Part shown: piece by piece, positions 52,866-64,000 of the stretch
Numbering within the stretch: position 1 is the stretch's first letter
How the letters are laid out: each line of letters opens with the position of its first letter
Assembly: GCA_963750165.1 (NCBI GenBank)
Contig: CAVVPN010000003.1
Span: 2,080,001-2,144,000, forward strand
Origin: an uncultured Gemmataceae bacterium
GTDB taxonomy: Bacteria; Planctomycetota; Planctomycetia; Gemmatales; Gemmataceae
Length of the DNA: 64,000 nt
Direction of reading: 5' to 3'
Translations under genes and position numbers: made by a program
Notes under the pieces: generated by a model
The model's input: the letters and a program-made list of their open reading frames with translations, nothing else
Told to the model about the DNA's origin: nothing
Database searches by the model: none

Positions 52866-53780
52866 TCATTCCATCTCGTGAACGTAGCCCAGGCGCTCCA
52901 GCGGCCGGCGCTGCGGATCCTCGATCCACAAACCACTCTCCGCCACGCATTCGCCGATGTGCGTCAACGGCACGCCCGGCAACGGTTGCTCGTCCAGCAG
53001 CCGCCGACCGTCCGCCGGCGACACCGCGAACAGTAACTCAAAATCCTCGCCGTCGCCCAGCGCGTGCCGTAGCGGCTCCACGCCGTCGTTCATGCGCCGG
53101 GCGTCGTCGCTGACCGGGATGGCCGCCGCCCGCAACACCGCCCCGCAACCGCTCTCGTCGCAGACGTGGCCCAGGTCCGCGGCCAGGCCGTCGCTGAGGT
53201 CGATCAGCGCGTGCAGTTCGGCCAACTCGTGCAGTCGCTGCGCCTCGCGCATGCGCGGCGTGAAATCCAGGTGCTTGCCGCGGAGGCTGCCGCCCAGTGC
53301 CCCGGTCACCAGCAGCCAGTCGCCCGGCCGGGCGCCGCCGCGCGTCACCGGGCCGCGCCCCGTCGCCTCGCCGATCAGCGTCACCGAAATGACCAGCGGC
53401 CCGGTCCAGGTGTTGGTGTCGCCGCCGACCAGCGCCGTGTCGAAAGCGTCCGCCATGTCACGCAGCCCCAGATACAACTCCTCCGCCAGCGCCCGGCCGC
53501 CGTTGCGCGGCAGGCCGACGCTGACGACCGCCGCCACTGGCCGGCCGGCCATCGCGGCGATGTCGCTGAGGTTGACCGCCATCGCCTTGCGGCCGACCCG
53601 CCGCGGCCCCGCCTCCGCCAGCAGGAAACAGCTGCCCTCCAGCAGCATGTCGGTCGTGACCAGGCAGGCGCGGCCAGCCGGCAGCCGCAGCGCCGCCGTG
53701 TCGTCGCCGGGGCCCAGCAGCACACGCGGGTCGGCCGGCGTCCGTTGCCGCAGCCAGTCGATGTAAGCGAATTCACCCAT
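52866..53780 (-). CDS. thiL: Thiamine-monophosphate kinase
   Basis: GPGDDTA, TDMLLEG, NLSDIAAMAG, GGDT, DLSDGL, GEDFEL. Confidence 0.95.
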   Translation of the reverse strand: MGEFAYIDWLRQRTPADPRVLLGPGDDTAALRLPAGRACLVTTDMLLEGSCFLLAEAGPRRVGRKAMAVNLSDIAAMAGRPVAAVVSVGLPRNGGRALAEELYLGLRDMADAFDTALVGGDTNTWTGPLVISVTLIGEATGRGPVTRGGARPGDWLLVTGALGGSLRGKHLDFTPRMREAQRLHELAELHALIDLSDGLAADLGHVCDESGCGAVLRAAAIPVSDDARRMNDGVEPLRHALGDGEDFELLFAVSPADGRRLLDEQPLPGVPLTHIGECVAESGLWIEDPQRRPLERLGYVHEME

Positions 53781-53787
53781 CGCTACC

Positions 53788-53837
53788 TCCGAGCCCGAGC
53801 GCCAGCGCGGGGCCCCGCGCTGGCGCTCGGGCTCGGA
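53788..53837. repeat. Family A perfect 50-bp palindrome between hflX and thiL
   Basis: TCCGAGCCCGAGCGCCAGCGCGGGGCCCCGCGCTGGCGCTCGGGCTCGGA. Confidence 0.92.
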
Positions 53838-55154
53838 CTATTCCTCCGCCTGCCCGTTCGTCGGCTCGTCCAGCGGCCGAATCTCCACCCCCGGCTCCTG
53901 GATGTGCCGCACCAGATGCCGCGGCAGATAGCAGTACAGCGTCACGCGGTTGTCGTGGTACGTCTGCCGATAAATCTCCGCGTGCGCCCCCAGGTACGCC
54001 TGCACCCGACCGTTGGCCGCGTCCATGTCCACCTGCACGTTGGCGAAATCCGCGCTGAGCCGCTCGATCACCGACTCGCAGAGCGTGTCCAGTCCCTGCC
54101 GCGTGGCGGCGCTCACCGCCACCGCCCGCGGGTGCTGAGCCATCAACACATCCAGATACGAGCGATCCTTGATGCGATCAACCTTGTTGAGCACCAGCAG
54201 CGCCGGCTTCTGGTCGCAGCCGAGTTCCTTCAGCACCTGGTTGACCGACCGCACCTGCTCCTCCGCGGCGGGGTTGCTGGCGTCCACCACGTGCAGCAGC
54301 AGTCGGGCCTGCCGCGCCTCCTCCAGCGTCGCCTTGAACGACGCGATCAAATGGTGCGGCAGATCGCGAATGAAGCCGACCGTGTCGCTCAGCAGCACCC
54401 GGCCCCAGTCGCGCAGCCGCCACTGCCGCGTCCGCGTGTCCAGCGTCGAGAACAGCTTGTCCTCGACGTAGACGCCCGCCCCCGTCAGTGCGTTCATGAG
54501 CGTGCTCTTGCCCGCGTTGGTGTAGCCGACCAGCGAAACCGTGTGCTCCTCGCGGCGGCTGTAAACCTCGCGCTGTTTGCGCGCCTGCACCTCGACGAGG
54601 CGGTGCTTCAGGTCGCGGATCCGCGCGTCCACCAGCCGGCGGTCCTCTTCCAGCTGCGTTTCGCCGGGACCGCGCATGCCGATGCCGCCCTCGAAGCGCG
54701 ACAGGTGCGACCACATGCGCCGCAATCGCGGCAAGGCGTACTCCAGCTGGGCCAGCTCGACCTGCACCCGGGCCTCCGCCGAGCGGGCGCGCGTGGCGAA
54801 GATGTCGAGGATGAGTTCGCTGCGATCCAGCACCTTGACGTTGCTGGCTTTTTCCAGGTTGCGGATTTGACCGGGCGACAGGTCGTTGTCGAAGATGACC
54901 ACGTCAGCGTCGGCGGCGCGGACCTGTTCGGTCAGTTCCTCCACCTTGCCCTTGCCGATGTACGTGGCCGGGACAATGCCCTGGCGCTTCTGCAACAGTT
55001 CGCCGACCACCACAGCCCCGGCGGTGGTCGCCAGGCCGCGCAGTTCGTCGAGCGGATCCTCGCCCACCCAGGGCCGATCCGGCAGCGCGACGCTGACCAG
55101 GAACGCGCGCTCCAGGTGAACGCTCAATTCTTCGCGAGTGATGTCGAGTGACAC
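53838..55154 (-). CDS. hflX: Ribosome rescue GTPase HflX
   Basis: GKGKVEE, LILDIF, GPGETQLE, GYTNAGKST, DTVGFI, NKVD. Confidence 0.96.
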   Translation of the reverse strand: MSLDITREELSVHLERAFLVSVALPDRPWVGEDPLDELRGLATTAGAVVVGELLQKRQGIVPATYIGKGKVEELTEQVRAADADVVIFDNDLSPGQIRNLEKASNVKVLDRSELILDIFATRARSAEARVQVELAQLEYALPRLRRMWSHLSRFEGGIGMRGPGETQLEEDRRLVDARIRDLKHRLVEVQARKQREVYSRREEHTVSLVGYTNAGKSTLMNALTGAGVYVEDKLFSTLDTRTRQWRLRDWGRVLLSDTVGFIRDLPHHLIASFKATLEEARQARLLLHVVDASNPAAEEQVRSVNQVLKELGCDQKPALLVLNKVDRIKDRSYLDVLMAQHPRAVAVSAATRQGLDTLCESVIERLSADFANVQVDMDAANGRVQAYLGAHAEIYRQTYHDNRVTLYCYLPRHLVRHIQEPGVEIRPLDEPTNGQAEE

Positions 55155-55515
55155 TGCGGTTGTGATCCTCCCAATTGGTGACTCCCCCTATTGTACACCC
55201 CCGTAAAAAGCCGGGCGAGAGATTCGCCCAAATGGGTTGCCTGTGCGGGCGGGCGCGGTCTGGCGCCTGAATTTCCCGCCGCGCTTTCTCGACGGCAGGA
55301 ATCGGCCTTCCCAGACTTTTGGATTTTGCGGCTTTCTCCGCCCGCTTTTCCGTTGACAGCGGTCGCGATCCGTGGTTGACTGATGATTAACCATTTTTCA
55401 TCAAGCGGCAGTTGCTGGGGCGGATCGGCTGGGGTTTTGGATCAGGCGTCCGGGCTTGCCGGAAGCACTGCAGACACCTCTCACTGACCCCGGATCGGGA
55501 AAGGCGAACCTCGCC

Positions 55516-55953
55516 ATGGATCGAACTGGTTGGAAGGTGACCGGATTTCTGCTGGCCTGTTTTGGAATTGCAGGGTGTGGCGGGGAGCCGCAGTCGAAGG
55601 ACATCCCCGGGTCGTATCAGAACCTGAAGAGCATCAGCGCCGCGTACCTGGAAGCGACGAAATCCCTGGATCGGCCGCCGAAAGACCTTGACGAGTTGAT
55701 GCCCTATCTGAAAAAACAGGGGGATCCCGAAACGCTGCTGCGTTCCCCCAACGACGGCGAAAACTACCAGATTTTGTGGGGGGTGGACTACCGTTCGCCC
55801 CCGCAACAGCGCGGGACTTATCCGGTCCTGGCCTACGAACAGCGGGGCAAGAACGGCAAACGCTATGTGTTGCAGATCCGCAACGTTACACAAATGTCGG
55901 ACGAGGAGTTCAAAAATGCACCCTTTCCGCCGGGGTACAAGGCCCCGGAGTGA
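55516..55953 (+). CDS. Hypothetical lipoprotein (DUF1559 partner)
   Basis: AGC lipobox; SPNDG..Y...WGVD, LAYEQ. Confidence 0.7.
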   Translation: MDRTGWKVTGFLLACFGIAGCGGEPQSKDIPGSYQNLKSISAAYLEATKSLDRPPKDLDELMPYLKKQGDPETLLRSPNDGENYQILWGVDYRSPPQQRGTYPVLAYEQRGKNGKRYVLQIRNVTQMSDEEFKNAPFPPGYKAPE

Positions 55954-56002
55954 TTGGGGACGTGGTTATTTTCCTTTCTTTTCACCTGCGGATGGATTTC
56001 CC

Positions 56003-56938
<936 letters not shown>

Positions 56939-56945
56939 CGGCTCC

Positions 56946-56999
56946 CCGGCTGCTCTCCGTGGGGCAGGCTGGAAAGCCTGCCCCACGGAGAGCAGCCGG
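56946..56999. repeat. REP-like perfect palindrome
   Basis: CCGGCTGCTCTCCGTGGGGCAGGCT-GGAA-reverse complement. Confidence 0.85.
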
Positions 57000-57216
57000 T
57001 GCTCCTGCCCATCTCCGAAAAGGTGGAACCACCGCCCCGTTCGCCTCCTGTCTGCTCCCTCCCGGGTCTTTCTCCCGCGCCTGTCCTTGAGAACTGGCCT
57101 GCGCCGGGTCGATGAACCTTTCGACCCACACCGCAGTCCTGTTTCGATCCACCCCAATTGGAAACGACCTTGTGCGCGCAAGGTCGTTCCGCGCCGCGAG
57201 AAAGGAACGCTAGCGC

Positions 57217-58600
57217 ATGGAGAGCCCCCCCCTGTCCCCTTCCCGACCGCCGGCCCGCCGCATCTGCCGCCTGGCTCTATTCCTGGCTGCGACCGCGGCG
57301 CTGGCGAGCGGCCGGCCCGCCTCCGCCCAGCTGCCCCTGGCCGGCCCCGAACCGCCGATGTCCCAGCTGCCTGTCGCCAGCCCCGGCACCCCCGCCACGA
57401 TGCCAGCCGCCACGACGCCCACCACCGTGCTTGGCCTGCACGAGTGCCTGCAACTGGCCCTGCAACGGCAGCCGCGCATCGCCGCCGCCCGCGCCAGCCT
57501 GGCCGCCGCCCAGGACGGCAGCCGCGCCCTGGAGAACCTCAACGCCCCGACGCTGCTGGTGCCGGACCTGCCCATCCGCCGCCGCCAGGCCGCCCTCGGC
57601 GTCACCGCCGCTACTGCCGGTCTCGACCAGGCCGAGCGCGAAACCGTCTACGCTGTCACCCGCACTTACTTCACGGTCCTGTACGCCCGTGAGCAGGAGC
57701 GCGTTGCGCGCGGCATCGTGGACCGCCTGACCGCCACCCGCGACGCCGCCCAGAAGCAGCTTGAGGGCGGCGCCCGCAACATCGCCGAGCCCGACGTGCA
57801 GCGCGCCAGCGTCTACGTCCGCCTCGCCGAGGCCAAGCGCCTCCAGGCGAGCCACGGCGTCAAGCGCGCCGAGGCGGCGCTCAAGGAGGCCATCGGCCTG
57901 GGACCGCAGGGCTGCTTCGAGGTGGCCCCCGGCCGCTTGCCCGAGGTGGATGTGCGGCCGTGCCTGGCGGACGTGGCCAACGCTGCCCTGTCCCGGCGGG
58001 CCGAGTTGGTCCGGGCCGGCGTCTTCGCCGACGTGACCTGCCTGGAGGCCGAGGCCCAGTCCACCAACATCCACCGCAAGATGGAGACGTTCGCGGCCGG
58101 CTCGGACATCCACGCCGTGGTGGTGCCGCAGGGCGTGCAGAACTCCGAGTTCCGCCCCGGTGCGCTGCCGCCGGAGATGCCGACGCTGCTGGTCGGCAAT
58201 CGCCCCGACCGCGTGCAGCGCGCCCGTGATTTCCACGCCCGGGCGCTGGCGGTGTCCGAGATGGCCCGCAACCTGGTGACGCTGGAGGCCGAGGACGCCT
58301 TCTTCCGCTGGGAAGAAGCGTCGGTCCAGATTCCCGAAGCGAAGGTGGCCGCGGACACCGGCGACAAGTTGGCTGAAGGCCTGAGCAAGGACTTCGCGGC
58401 CGGGGCCAAGGTCAAGGTGGAGGAGGTGGTCAGTGCCGCGCGTGCTGGCGGCGCAGGCGCGGGCGTCGTACAACGAGTATCTGTATCATCAGATCCTGGC
58501 CCTGGCCGACCTGGAGCGGATCACCGCGGGCGTCTTCTGCGCCCGGCTCGCCGAGGCCGCGACGCAGCCGGCCCCCGCGAAGGACGGCGAGGCGAAGTAA
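57217..58600 (+). CDS. TolC-like outer membrane efflux protein (frameshift near 58437)
   Basis: LALQRQPRIAAARA, VTRTYF; the shifted frame continues YHQILALADLERIT. Confidence 0.75.
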
Positions 58601-58613
58601 GCGTCCTCTTCGT

Positions 58614-58667
58614 TCTGCCGCTGGCGGTTCTGGTCTCTGGTCGGAGCCCAGAACCGCCAGCGGCAGA
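58614..58667. repeat. Palindrome with 20-bp arms
   Basis: TCTGCCGCTGGCGGTTCTGG...CCAGAACCGCCAGCGGCAGA. Confidence 0.75.
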
Positions 58668-58832
58668 TAATCCAGGCCCCGGCCAGCGCCGCCGACTTTC
58701 ACTATTCCCATCCTTTGGCTTTCTATTTGCATTTGTTCTCCCCAACGGAACCGCCGTGCTCCGGGCCGGTCTCTCTCGGGAGGCCCGCGCCGGCGCGGCA
58801 CCATAACCCACGTGCGCGTGGAAGGAGTAAAC

Positions 58833-59747
58833 ATGATTTTGCCGAAGACCCCGCCCCAGCGGCTTCGTCGTGTGTTCATCGTGGTGTCCGGCGCCCTGGC
58901 GGCGCTGCTGATCCTCGCGACCGCGGACGGCCACGGCCAGCAGAAAATGGACGTGCTCCGCATCGGCACCAGCGGCAACTTTTCCTCCGAGAAGTCGTCC
59001 AAAAAGGAGAAGGGGGCCCTGGGAACCTTGAAGGATTTCATCAAGGAGGAGACGGGCCTCACCAACGAGATTATCGACGAGAAGGACTGGCAGACGCTGG
59101 CGGAGAAGATGGCCAAGGGCAAGCTGGAACTGGGCGCCTTCCAGGGCTATGAGTTCGCCTGGGCGCAGGCGAAGTATCCGAACCTTAAGCCGCTGGCCCT
59201 GACGGTCAACGTCCACGTCTACCCGGTCGGTTACGTCGTGACCCAGAAGACGAACCCGGCCAAAACCTTTGCGAACCTCAAGGGCAAAACCTTCTCCATC
59301 CCGGCCCCGAGCCCGCGCTTCCTGCGCCTGTTCGTGGAGAAGCAGGCCGGCATGAAGGCGGAGGCGTTCTTTTCCAAGGTAACGCTGCCGGAGAACATCG
59401 AGGACGCCCTGGACGACGTGGTGGACGGTGACGTGACCGCGACGGTGGTGGACCAGGCGGCGCTGGAGGCGTTCAAGCGCCGCAAGCCGGCTCGCTTCAA
59501 AAAGCTGAAGGAGGTCGCCAAATCGCAGCCGTTCCCGCCGCCGCTGGTGGCCTACTACGGCAACCACCTGGACGAATCCACGCGCGACCGCTTCCGGGTG
59601 GGGCTGCTGAACGCCAACCGCCAGGAAAAGGGGCAAATGATGCTGACCCTGTTCCACCTGACCGGTTTCGCGGTGCCGCCGCAGGACTTCGCCAAGGTGC
59701 TGGCCGCGATGCGGAAGAACTATCCTCCCAACAGCAAGGCGAAATAA
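58833..59747 (+). CDS. PhnD/phosphonate-binding-like periplasmic substrate-binding protein
   Basis: Signal peptide; LRIG, KEETGL, NLKGKT, DALDDVVDGDVTA, KSQPFPP. Confidence 0.75.
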   Translation: MILPKTPPQRLRRVFIVVSGALAALLILATADGHGQQKMDVLRIGTSGNFSSEKSSKKEKGALGTLKDFIKEETGLTNEIIDEKDWQTLAEKMAKGKLELGAFQGYEFAWAQAKYPNLKPLALTVNVHVYPVGYVVTQKTNPAKTFANLKGKTFSIPAPSPRFLRLFVEKQAGMKAEAFFSKVTLPENIEDALDDVVDGDVTATVVDQAALEAFKRRKPARFKKLKEVAKSQPFPPPLVAYYGNHLDESTRDRFRVGLLNANRQEKGQMMLTLFHLTGFAVPPQDFAKVLAAMRKNYPPNSKAK

Positions 59748-59889
59748 CGACCCACGTTCCCCAGGTGCGTAGGGATGTGCGCCGCGGGGGCCAGGCAGTC
59801 CCCCGGAAACAGGAATGCATCAGACCCGCCCCGGCCGCGTCGTATGATCGGGGACCGGGGCGGGCGGGCCGTTAACCACCTGATGAACC

Positions 59890-62373
59890 ATGATCTTTCG
59901 CTTCCTCGGCCAGACCGTGCGCCGGGCGTGGCCGCTGTTGCTGGCAGTGTGGGCCGCTCTCCTCGTTTACGCCTGGTTCGCTGCGCCGCCCTGGGATGAA
60001 TTCGCCCAGGACAAGGAATTCTCTTTCCTCCCGGAAGACTCCCCCAGCCGCCGCGCCGCCGGGGTCTACGCTGAGGCTTTCCCGGAGAACAAGGCCGCCA
60101 GCAACATCGTCCTGGTGCTGTACCGCCAGAACCGCGTCGACGACACCTTCGACCGCGACCGGACGTTCATCAAGGACGTGCTGGAGCCGGCCCTGCGCGA
60201 GATCGCCGAGGCCCAGGGCGGTTTGGCCAAATACCCGACTCCGGCCGCCACGGAGGTGGGCGTCAACCCCTTCGCCGAGCCGCCGCCCACGCAGGCGAAG
60301 GCGAAAGCACCGTCGATCATCTGGGACATCCACACGCCCAACGCTCGCGCCATCGGCCCGCTGCTCATCAGCCCGGACGGCAAGGTCATGCTGGTCCTGA
60401 TGGAGTTGACCACGGAGTTTTTGGCCAGGGCCAACTGGGAGGTCATCGAGCAGGTTCAGAACAAGGTGGCAGAGCTGAAACGCCAGGGCCAACTGCCGCC
60501 GGGCCTGGACATCACCGTCACGGGCAGCGCCGTCATCGGCCGCGACCACACGCTGGCCGAGCTGGACAGCGTCCGGGCCACGGAAATGCTGACGGTGCTC
60601 ATGGTAGTCGGTCTGCTGATCGTCATCTACCGGGCGCCGCTGCTGGCGATCATCCCACTGGCGACGGTGGTGCTGGTGGTGCAACTGTCGCTGTGCCTGC
60701 TGGCGATGCTGGCGCGGGCGGGCCTCATCACGCTCTTCCAGGGTCTTCAGATTTACATCATCATCCTGGCCTACGGGGCGGGCGTCGATTATTGCCTGTT
60801 CCTGACGGCGCGCTACAAGGAGGAACTGAACACCGGCAAGTCGCCAGGCGCGGCGGTGGAGGTGGCGGTCGGCAGCACGGGAGCGGCACTGGTGGCCAGT
60901 GCCGCGACGGTGGCGGGTGGCATCGCCATGATGCTGTTCGCGGAGTTCGGCAAGTTCCGTCAGGCGGGCCTGGCCATCCCGCTCAGCCTGGCACTGGTGC
61001 TGATCGCGACGCTGACGTTCAGCCCGTCGCTGCTGCGGCTGGCCGGCCGCTGGGCGTTCTGGCCGCGGCACGTCGGCCCGGCCGCCGCGGATCCCGCGGC
61101 GGAGGCCCCCGAGCAGCCGAGCCTGTTGCAGTCGATGTGGGACCACGTGGGCCATCTGCTGCTGCGCCGGCCGGGGTGGGCGTGGGGGGTGACGGTGGCG
61201 TGCATGGCGCCGCTGGCGGTGGTGGCGTTCCTGTTCTACAACCGCCTGAGTTACGATGTCATTGGCGACCTGCCGGCGGACGCATCGAGCGTTGTGGGCA
61301 CGCGCGTGCTGCAGAAGCACTTCCCGGCGGGCATCATCGGCGAGGTCACGGTGTTGCTGGTCCAGCCGAACGTGGATTTCGGCACGCCCGCGGGCCGCGC
61401 CGTGGTGACCAGGGTGACCGACCACCTCCGCCGCGATAGGGACGAGTTGGGGTTGGCCGACATCCGCACGCTGACAGTGCCGCTGGGCATCACGCAGCGG
61501 GCGAAGAACCCGCTGGACGACCCGGAGCTCAGCCCGGAGGGGCGGGAGCGGATCAGCCGTGAGTTTCTGGACCACTACGCCGGCACGCAGGACGCCCATC
61601 GGCGGCGGACGGTGACGCGGCTGGACCTGACGCTGAACCAGAGCCCGTTCTCGCGCTGGGCCGCGGAGGATCTGGACCGCATCGGCCAGGACGTGCGCAA
61701 CGCCTTGCCCGAAAAGTTGCAATCGGGCGCTCAGGTGTACTTCTTCGGCACGACGGCGAGCGTGCGCGACCTGGCGGCGGTGACGAAGCGCGACCGCGTG
61801 CGCATCGAGTTGCTGGTGCTGGGCTGTGTGTTCCTGATCCTGGTGCTGCTGCTGCGGCGAGTGGTGGTGCCGGTGTACCTGCTGTTAAGCGTGCTGTTCA
61901 GCTACTACGTGACGCTGGGCACGACCTTCGCGGTGTTCTGGCTGCTGGATCCGAGCGGGTTCACCGGCATCGACTGGAAGGTGGCGATCTTCCTGTTCAC
62001 GATCCTGATCGCGGTGGGCGAGGACTACAACATCTTCCTGCTGTCGCGGGTCCACGAGGAGGAGCGGCGGTTCGGGCCGCGCCGCGGCGTGACGGAGGCG
62101 CTGACGCGAACCGGGCCGATCATTTCGAGTTGCGGCATCATCATGGCGGGCACGTTCGGTTCGCTGCTGGCGGGGTCGCTGGCGGAGATGAAGCAGCTCG
62201 GTTTCGCGCTGGCGTTCGGCGTGTTGCTGGACACGTTCGTGGTGCGGCCGATCCTGGTGCCGGCGTTCCTGCTGTTGCTGGCCGGCCGTCGGCAGACGCT
62301 GGTGGGCAAGAAGGAGGAGCCGCCCGCGGAGATGCCGGCGGCAGCGCCGCCAACGGCCGGGGCATCGTCGTGA
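59890..62373 (+). CDS. MMPL family (RND) transporter
   Basis: GAGVDYCLFLTARYKEE and AVGEDYNIFLLSRVHEE; GVLLDTFVVR. Confidence 0.92.
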   Translation: MIFRFLGQTVRRAWPLLLAVWAALLVYAWFAAPPWDEFAQDKEFSFLPEDSPSRRAAGVYAEAFPENKAASNIVLVLYRQNRVDDTFDRDRTFIKDVLEPALREIAEAQGGLAKYPTPAATEVGVNPFAEPPPTQAKAKAPSIIWDIHTPNARAIGPLLISPDGKVMLVLMELTTEFLARANWEVIEQVQNKVAELKRQGQLPPGLDITVTGSAVIGRDHTLAELDSVRATEMLTVLMVVGLLIVIYRAPLLAIIPLATVVLVVQLSLCLLAMLARAGLITLFQGLQIYIIILAYGAGVDYCLFLTARYKEELNTGKSPGAAVEVAVGSTGAALVASAATVAGGIAMMLFAEFGKFRQAGLAIPLSLALVLIATLTFSPSLLRLAGRWAFWPRHVGPAAADPAAEAPEQPSLLQSMWDHVGHLLLRRPGWAWGVTVACMAPLAVVAFLFYNRLSYDVIGDLPADASSVVGTRVLQKHFPAGIIGEVTVLLVQPNVDFGTPAGRAVVTRVTDHLRRDRDELGLADIRTLTVPLGITQRAKNPLDDPELSPEGRERISREFLDHYAGTQDAHRRRTVTRLDLTLNQSPFSRWAAEDLDRIGQDVRNALPEKLQSGAQVYFFGTTASVRDLAAVTKRDRVRIELLVLGCVFLILVLLLRRVVVPVYLLLSVLFSYYVTLGTTFAVFWLLDPSGFTGIDWKVAIFLFTILIAVGEDYNIFLLSRVHEEERRFGPRRGVTEALTRTGPIISSCGIIMAGTFGSLLAGSLAEMKQLGFALAFGVLLDTFVVRPILVPAFLLLLAGRRQTLVGKKEEPPAEMPAAAPPTAGASS

Positions 62374-62388
62374 TGCATCCGGTTCCTG

Positions 62389-62422
62389 TCCGAGCCCGAG
62401 CGCCAGCGCGGGGCCCCGCGCT
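62389..62422. repeat. Family A palindrome, partial
   Basis: TCCGAGCCCGAGCGCCAGCGCGGGGCCCCGCGCT. Confidence 0.7.
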
Positions 62423-62484
62423 CGCCAGAATCCGGCACGTCTGCTACACTGACAGTCCGTGAAGCATCCCCCGGAGGACCGGCG

Positions 62485-63315
62485 ATGGCATCCTCATCCG
62501 CGACCGCGGCGCCGGCGCTGCTGCTGGACGTGCAGCAGGGCGTGGCCCGCGTGACCCTGAACCGCCCGCACAGGCGCAACGCCCTGTCAGCCGAACTGCT
62601 GGCCGAACTGGAGACGACACTGACGCGCCTGGCCGTTGATGCCGCGGTGCGCGTCGTGGTGCTGGCGGCCGCCGGCCCGGTCTTCAGCGCCGGCCACGAC
62701 CTCGGCGAGATGGTCGGCGGCAGTGAGGCGTCGTACCGCGCGCTGTTCGAGCGCTGTGCGCGTGTCATGCAACTGCTGCACAAACTGCCGCAGCCGGTGG
62801 TGGCGCGCGTGCAAGGTCTGGCGACCGCGGCGGGCTGCCAGCTGGTGGCGGCGTGCGACCTGGCGGTGGCCGCGGAGGAGGCGGCGTTCGCCACGCCTGG
62901 CGTCAAGATCGGCCTGTTCTGCACGACACCGATGGTGCCGCTGGTGCGCACGATCGCGCCGCGGGCTGCGCTGGAGATGCTGCTGACGGGTCGGCCCATC
63001 CCGGCGCTGCGGGCGTACGAACTGGGCCTGGTCAACCGTGTCGTGCCGGCCGCCGAGCTGGACGCCGCGGTGCAGGACTACGCGGACGCCTTGCTGGCGT
63101 CGAGCCCGTGGACGCTGCGGATCGGCAAGGCGGCGTTTTACGACCAGTTGCCGCTGGACGAGGCCACCGCCTACGCGCGGGCCACCGCGGTGATGACCGA
63201 CAACGCCCTGCACCGCGACGCCCAGGAGGGCATCAGCGCCTTCCTGCAAAAACGTCGGCCGCAGTGGACCGACTCAGATCAAGGCGTTAATCGGCCAACT
63301 TCACCAGGACCGTGA
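62485..63315 (+). CDS. Enoyl-CoA hydratase/isomerase family protein
   Basis: [45 protein letters not shown]. Confidence 0.93.
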   Translation: MASSSATAAPALLLDVQQGVARVTLNRPHRRNALSAELLAELETTLTRLAVDAAVRVVVLAAAGPVFSAGHDLGEMVGGSEASYRALFERCARVMQLLHKLPQPVVARVQGLATAAGCQLVAACDLAVAAEEAAFATPGVKIGLFCTTPMVPLVRTIAPRAALEMLLTGRPIPALRAYELGLVNRVVPAAELDAAVQDYADALLASSPWTLRIGKAAFYDQLPLDEATAYARATAVMTDNALHRDAQEGISAFLQKRRPQWTDSDQGVNRPTSPGP

Positions 63316-64000
63316 AGTCGCCCACGGCCGCGGGGTTCAAGCTGGTGGCGATGACGCGATACGTGCCCGTCCGCTCGCACTTGAAGTCGATCCGGGAGTT
63401 CAGCGTCATCTCGTCGGGGGCGTCGTCGTTGAAGGCCAGTTCCTTGCCGGCGTCGTCCTCCAGGCGCAGGACGGTATCAAGCTGCTTCGGGTTGGCGGCG
63501 TTCAGGCGGAGCGTATACGCCTTGCCGGCGGACAGCTTGACCAGAAAGACCTGTAGTGCGACTGCCGCCGCTTTTTGTCCAGGGGGGTCGCCGGGAGACA
63601 GCTTGCCCACAACCTTCAGGCCGTCGCCGCCGCCGACCACGTGCGCCTTGCCCACTCCCAGGAGCTTCACCTCAACGCGGTTGGCCGCCAGGAAGGCGAC
63701 GACTTCGTCGCGCTCGATGACATAGGCGGTGCGCGGTTCCTTGTCCAGGCTGTGGCTCTGGTGGACCCCGACCAGCTCGCCATGCTTGTTGACCACCATG
63801 CACCCACTCTGGCCGGTCTGGCTGGGTAGGTCGGTCTCCAGCATCACCATCTCCACCGGCCGGTCCTCCTGCCCTTCTTTTTTGGAAACGCCTTTCTTCG
63901 CGCCGACTCCGAGGACGGTGTTGGGGAGGAACCGCCACAGCGGTTCGTTGCCGGGGTTGCCGAAATGGTAGACGCGCTTCCCCTTGGTGGCCCCCTGCGG
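63287..64000 (-). CDS. Trypsin-like serine protease with C-terminal PPC domain (3' part only; runs off the window)
   Basis: [18 protein letters not shown] followed by the PPC motif [18 protein letters not shown]...NSRI..TGTYRV. Confidence 0.7.
   Translation of the reverse strand, partial: PQGATKGKRVYHFGNPGNEPLWRFLPNTVLGVGAKKGVSKKEGQEDRPVEMVMLETDLPSQTGQSGCMVVNKHGELVGVHQSHSLDKEPRTAYVIERDEVVAFLAANRVEVKLLGVGKAHVVGGGDGLKVVGKLSPGDPPGQKAAAVALQVFLVKLSAGKAYTLRLNAANPKQLDTVLRLEDDAGKELAFNDDAPDEMTLNSRIDFKCERTGTYRVIATSLNPAAVGDFTVLVKLAD

Noticed and set aside
53166..55151. Long antisense or alternate-frame ORFs (also 37501-39081, 59872-61722, 35108-36487 and others)
   Set aside because: Shadows of real genes, expected in high-GC DNA, with no recognisable motifs.

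Overview
This is a high-GC bacterial window, most likely from a planctomycete of the Gemmataceae type. The signs are two DUF1559 prepilin genes, a beta-RFAP synthase and several families of planctomycete-style palindromic repeats. (1) Bases ~1-13.1 kb are the right part of an integrative mobilisable element with a distinct codon style. It carries ParB-like, TerY-like vWA and YegI-like kinase genes, a membrane coiled-coil protein, an RHH protein, a MOBF relaxase-helicase, a type IV coupling protein, small ORFs, an excisionase and a tyrosine integrase. It ends at a truncated 5' fragment of a Gfo/Idh/MocA gene, the probable att site. (2) Bases ~13.4-21.6 kb are an HTH-PTS IIA gene plus a hydrogenase-4-like (Ehr-type) membrane complex operon with about twenty frameshifts. 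Its large subunit lacks the Ni ligands, and its small subunit has lost three of the four Fe-S cysteines. (3) Bases ~21.7-64 kb are mostly core or accessory host genes: TrkA-domain protein, TSUP, DUF1559 pairs, an apparently split copper amine oxidase, an RPH-architecture PEP-utilising enzyme with an in-frame palindromic insert, a two-component pair, tpiA, an orphan rplC, RluA, MarR, aminotransferase, ALDH, thiL, hflX, TolC/PhnD/MMPL and enoyl-CoA hydratase. No rRNA, tRNA or CRISPR array was seen. All family calls come from motif recognition by eye; no database searches were run.
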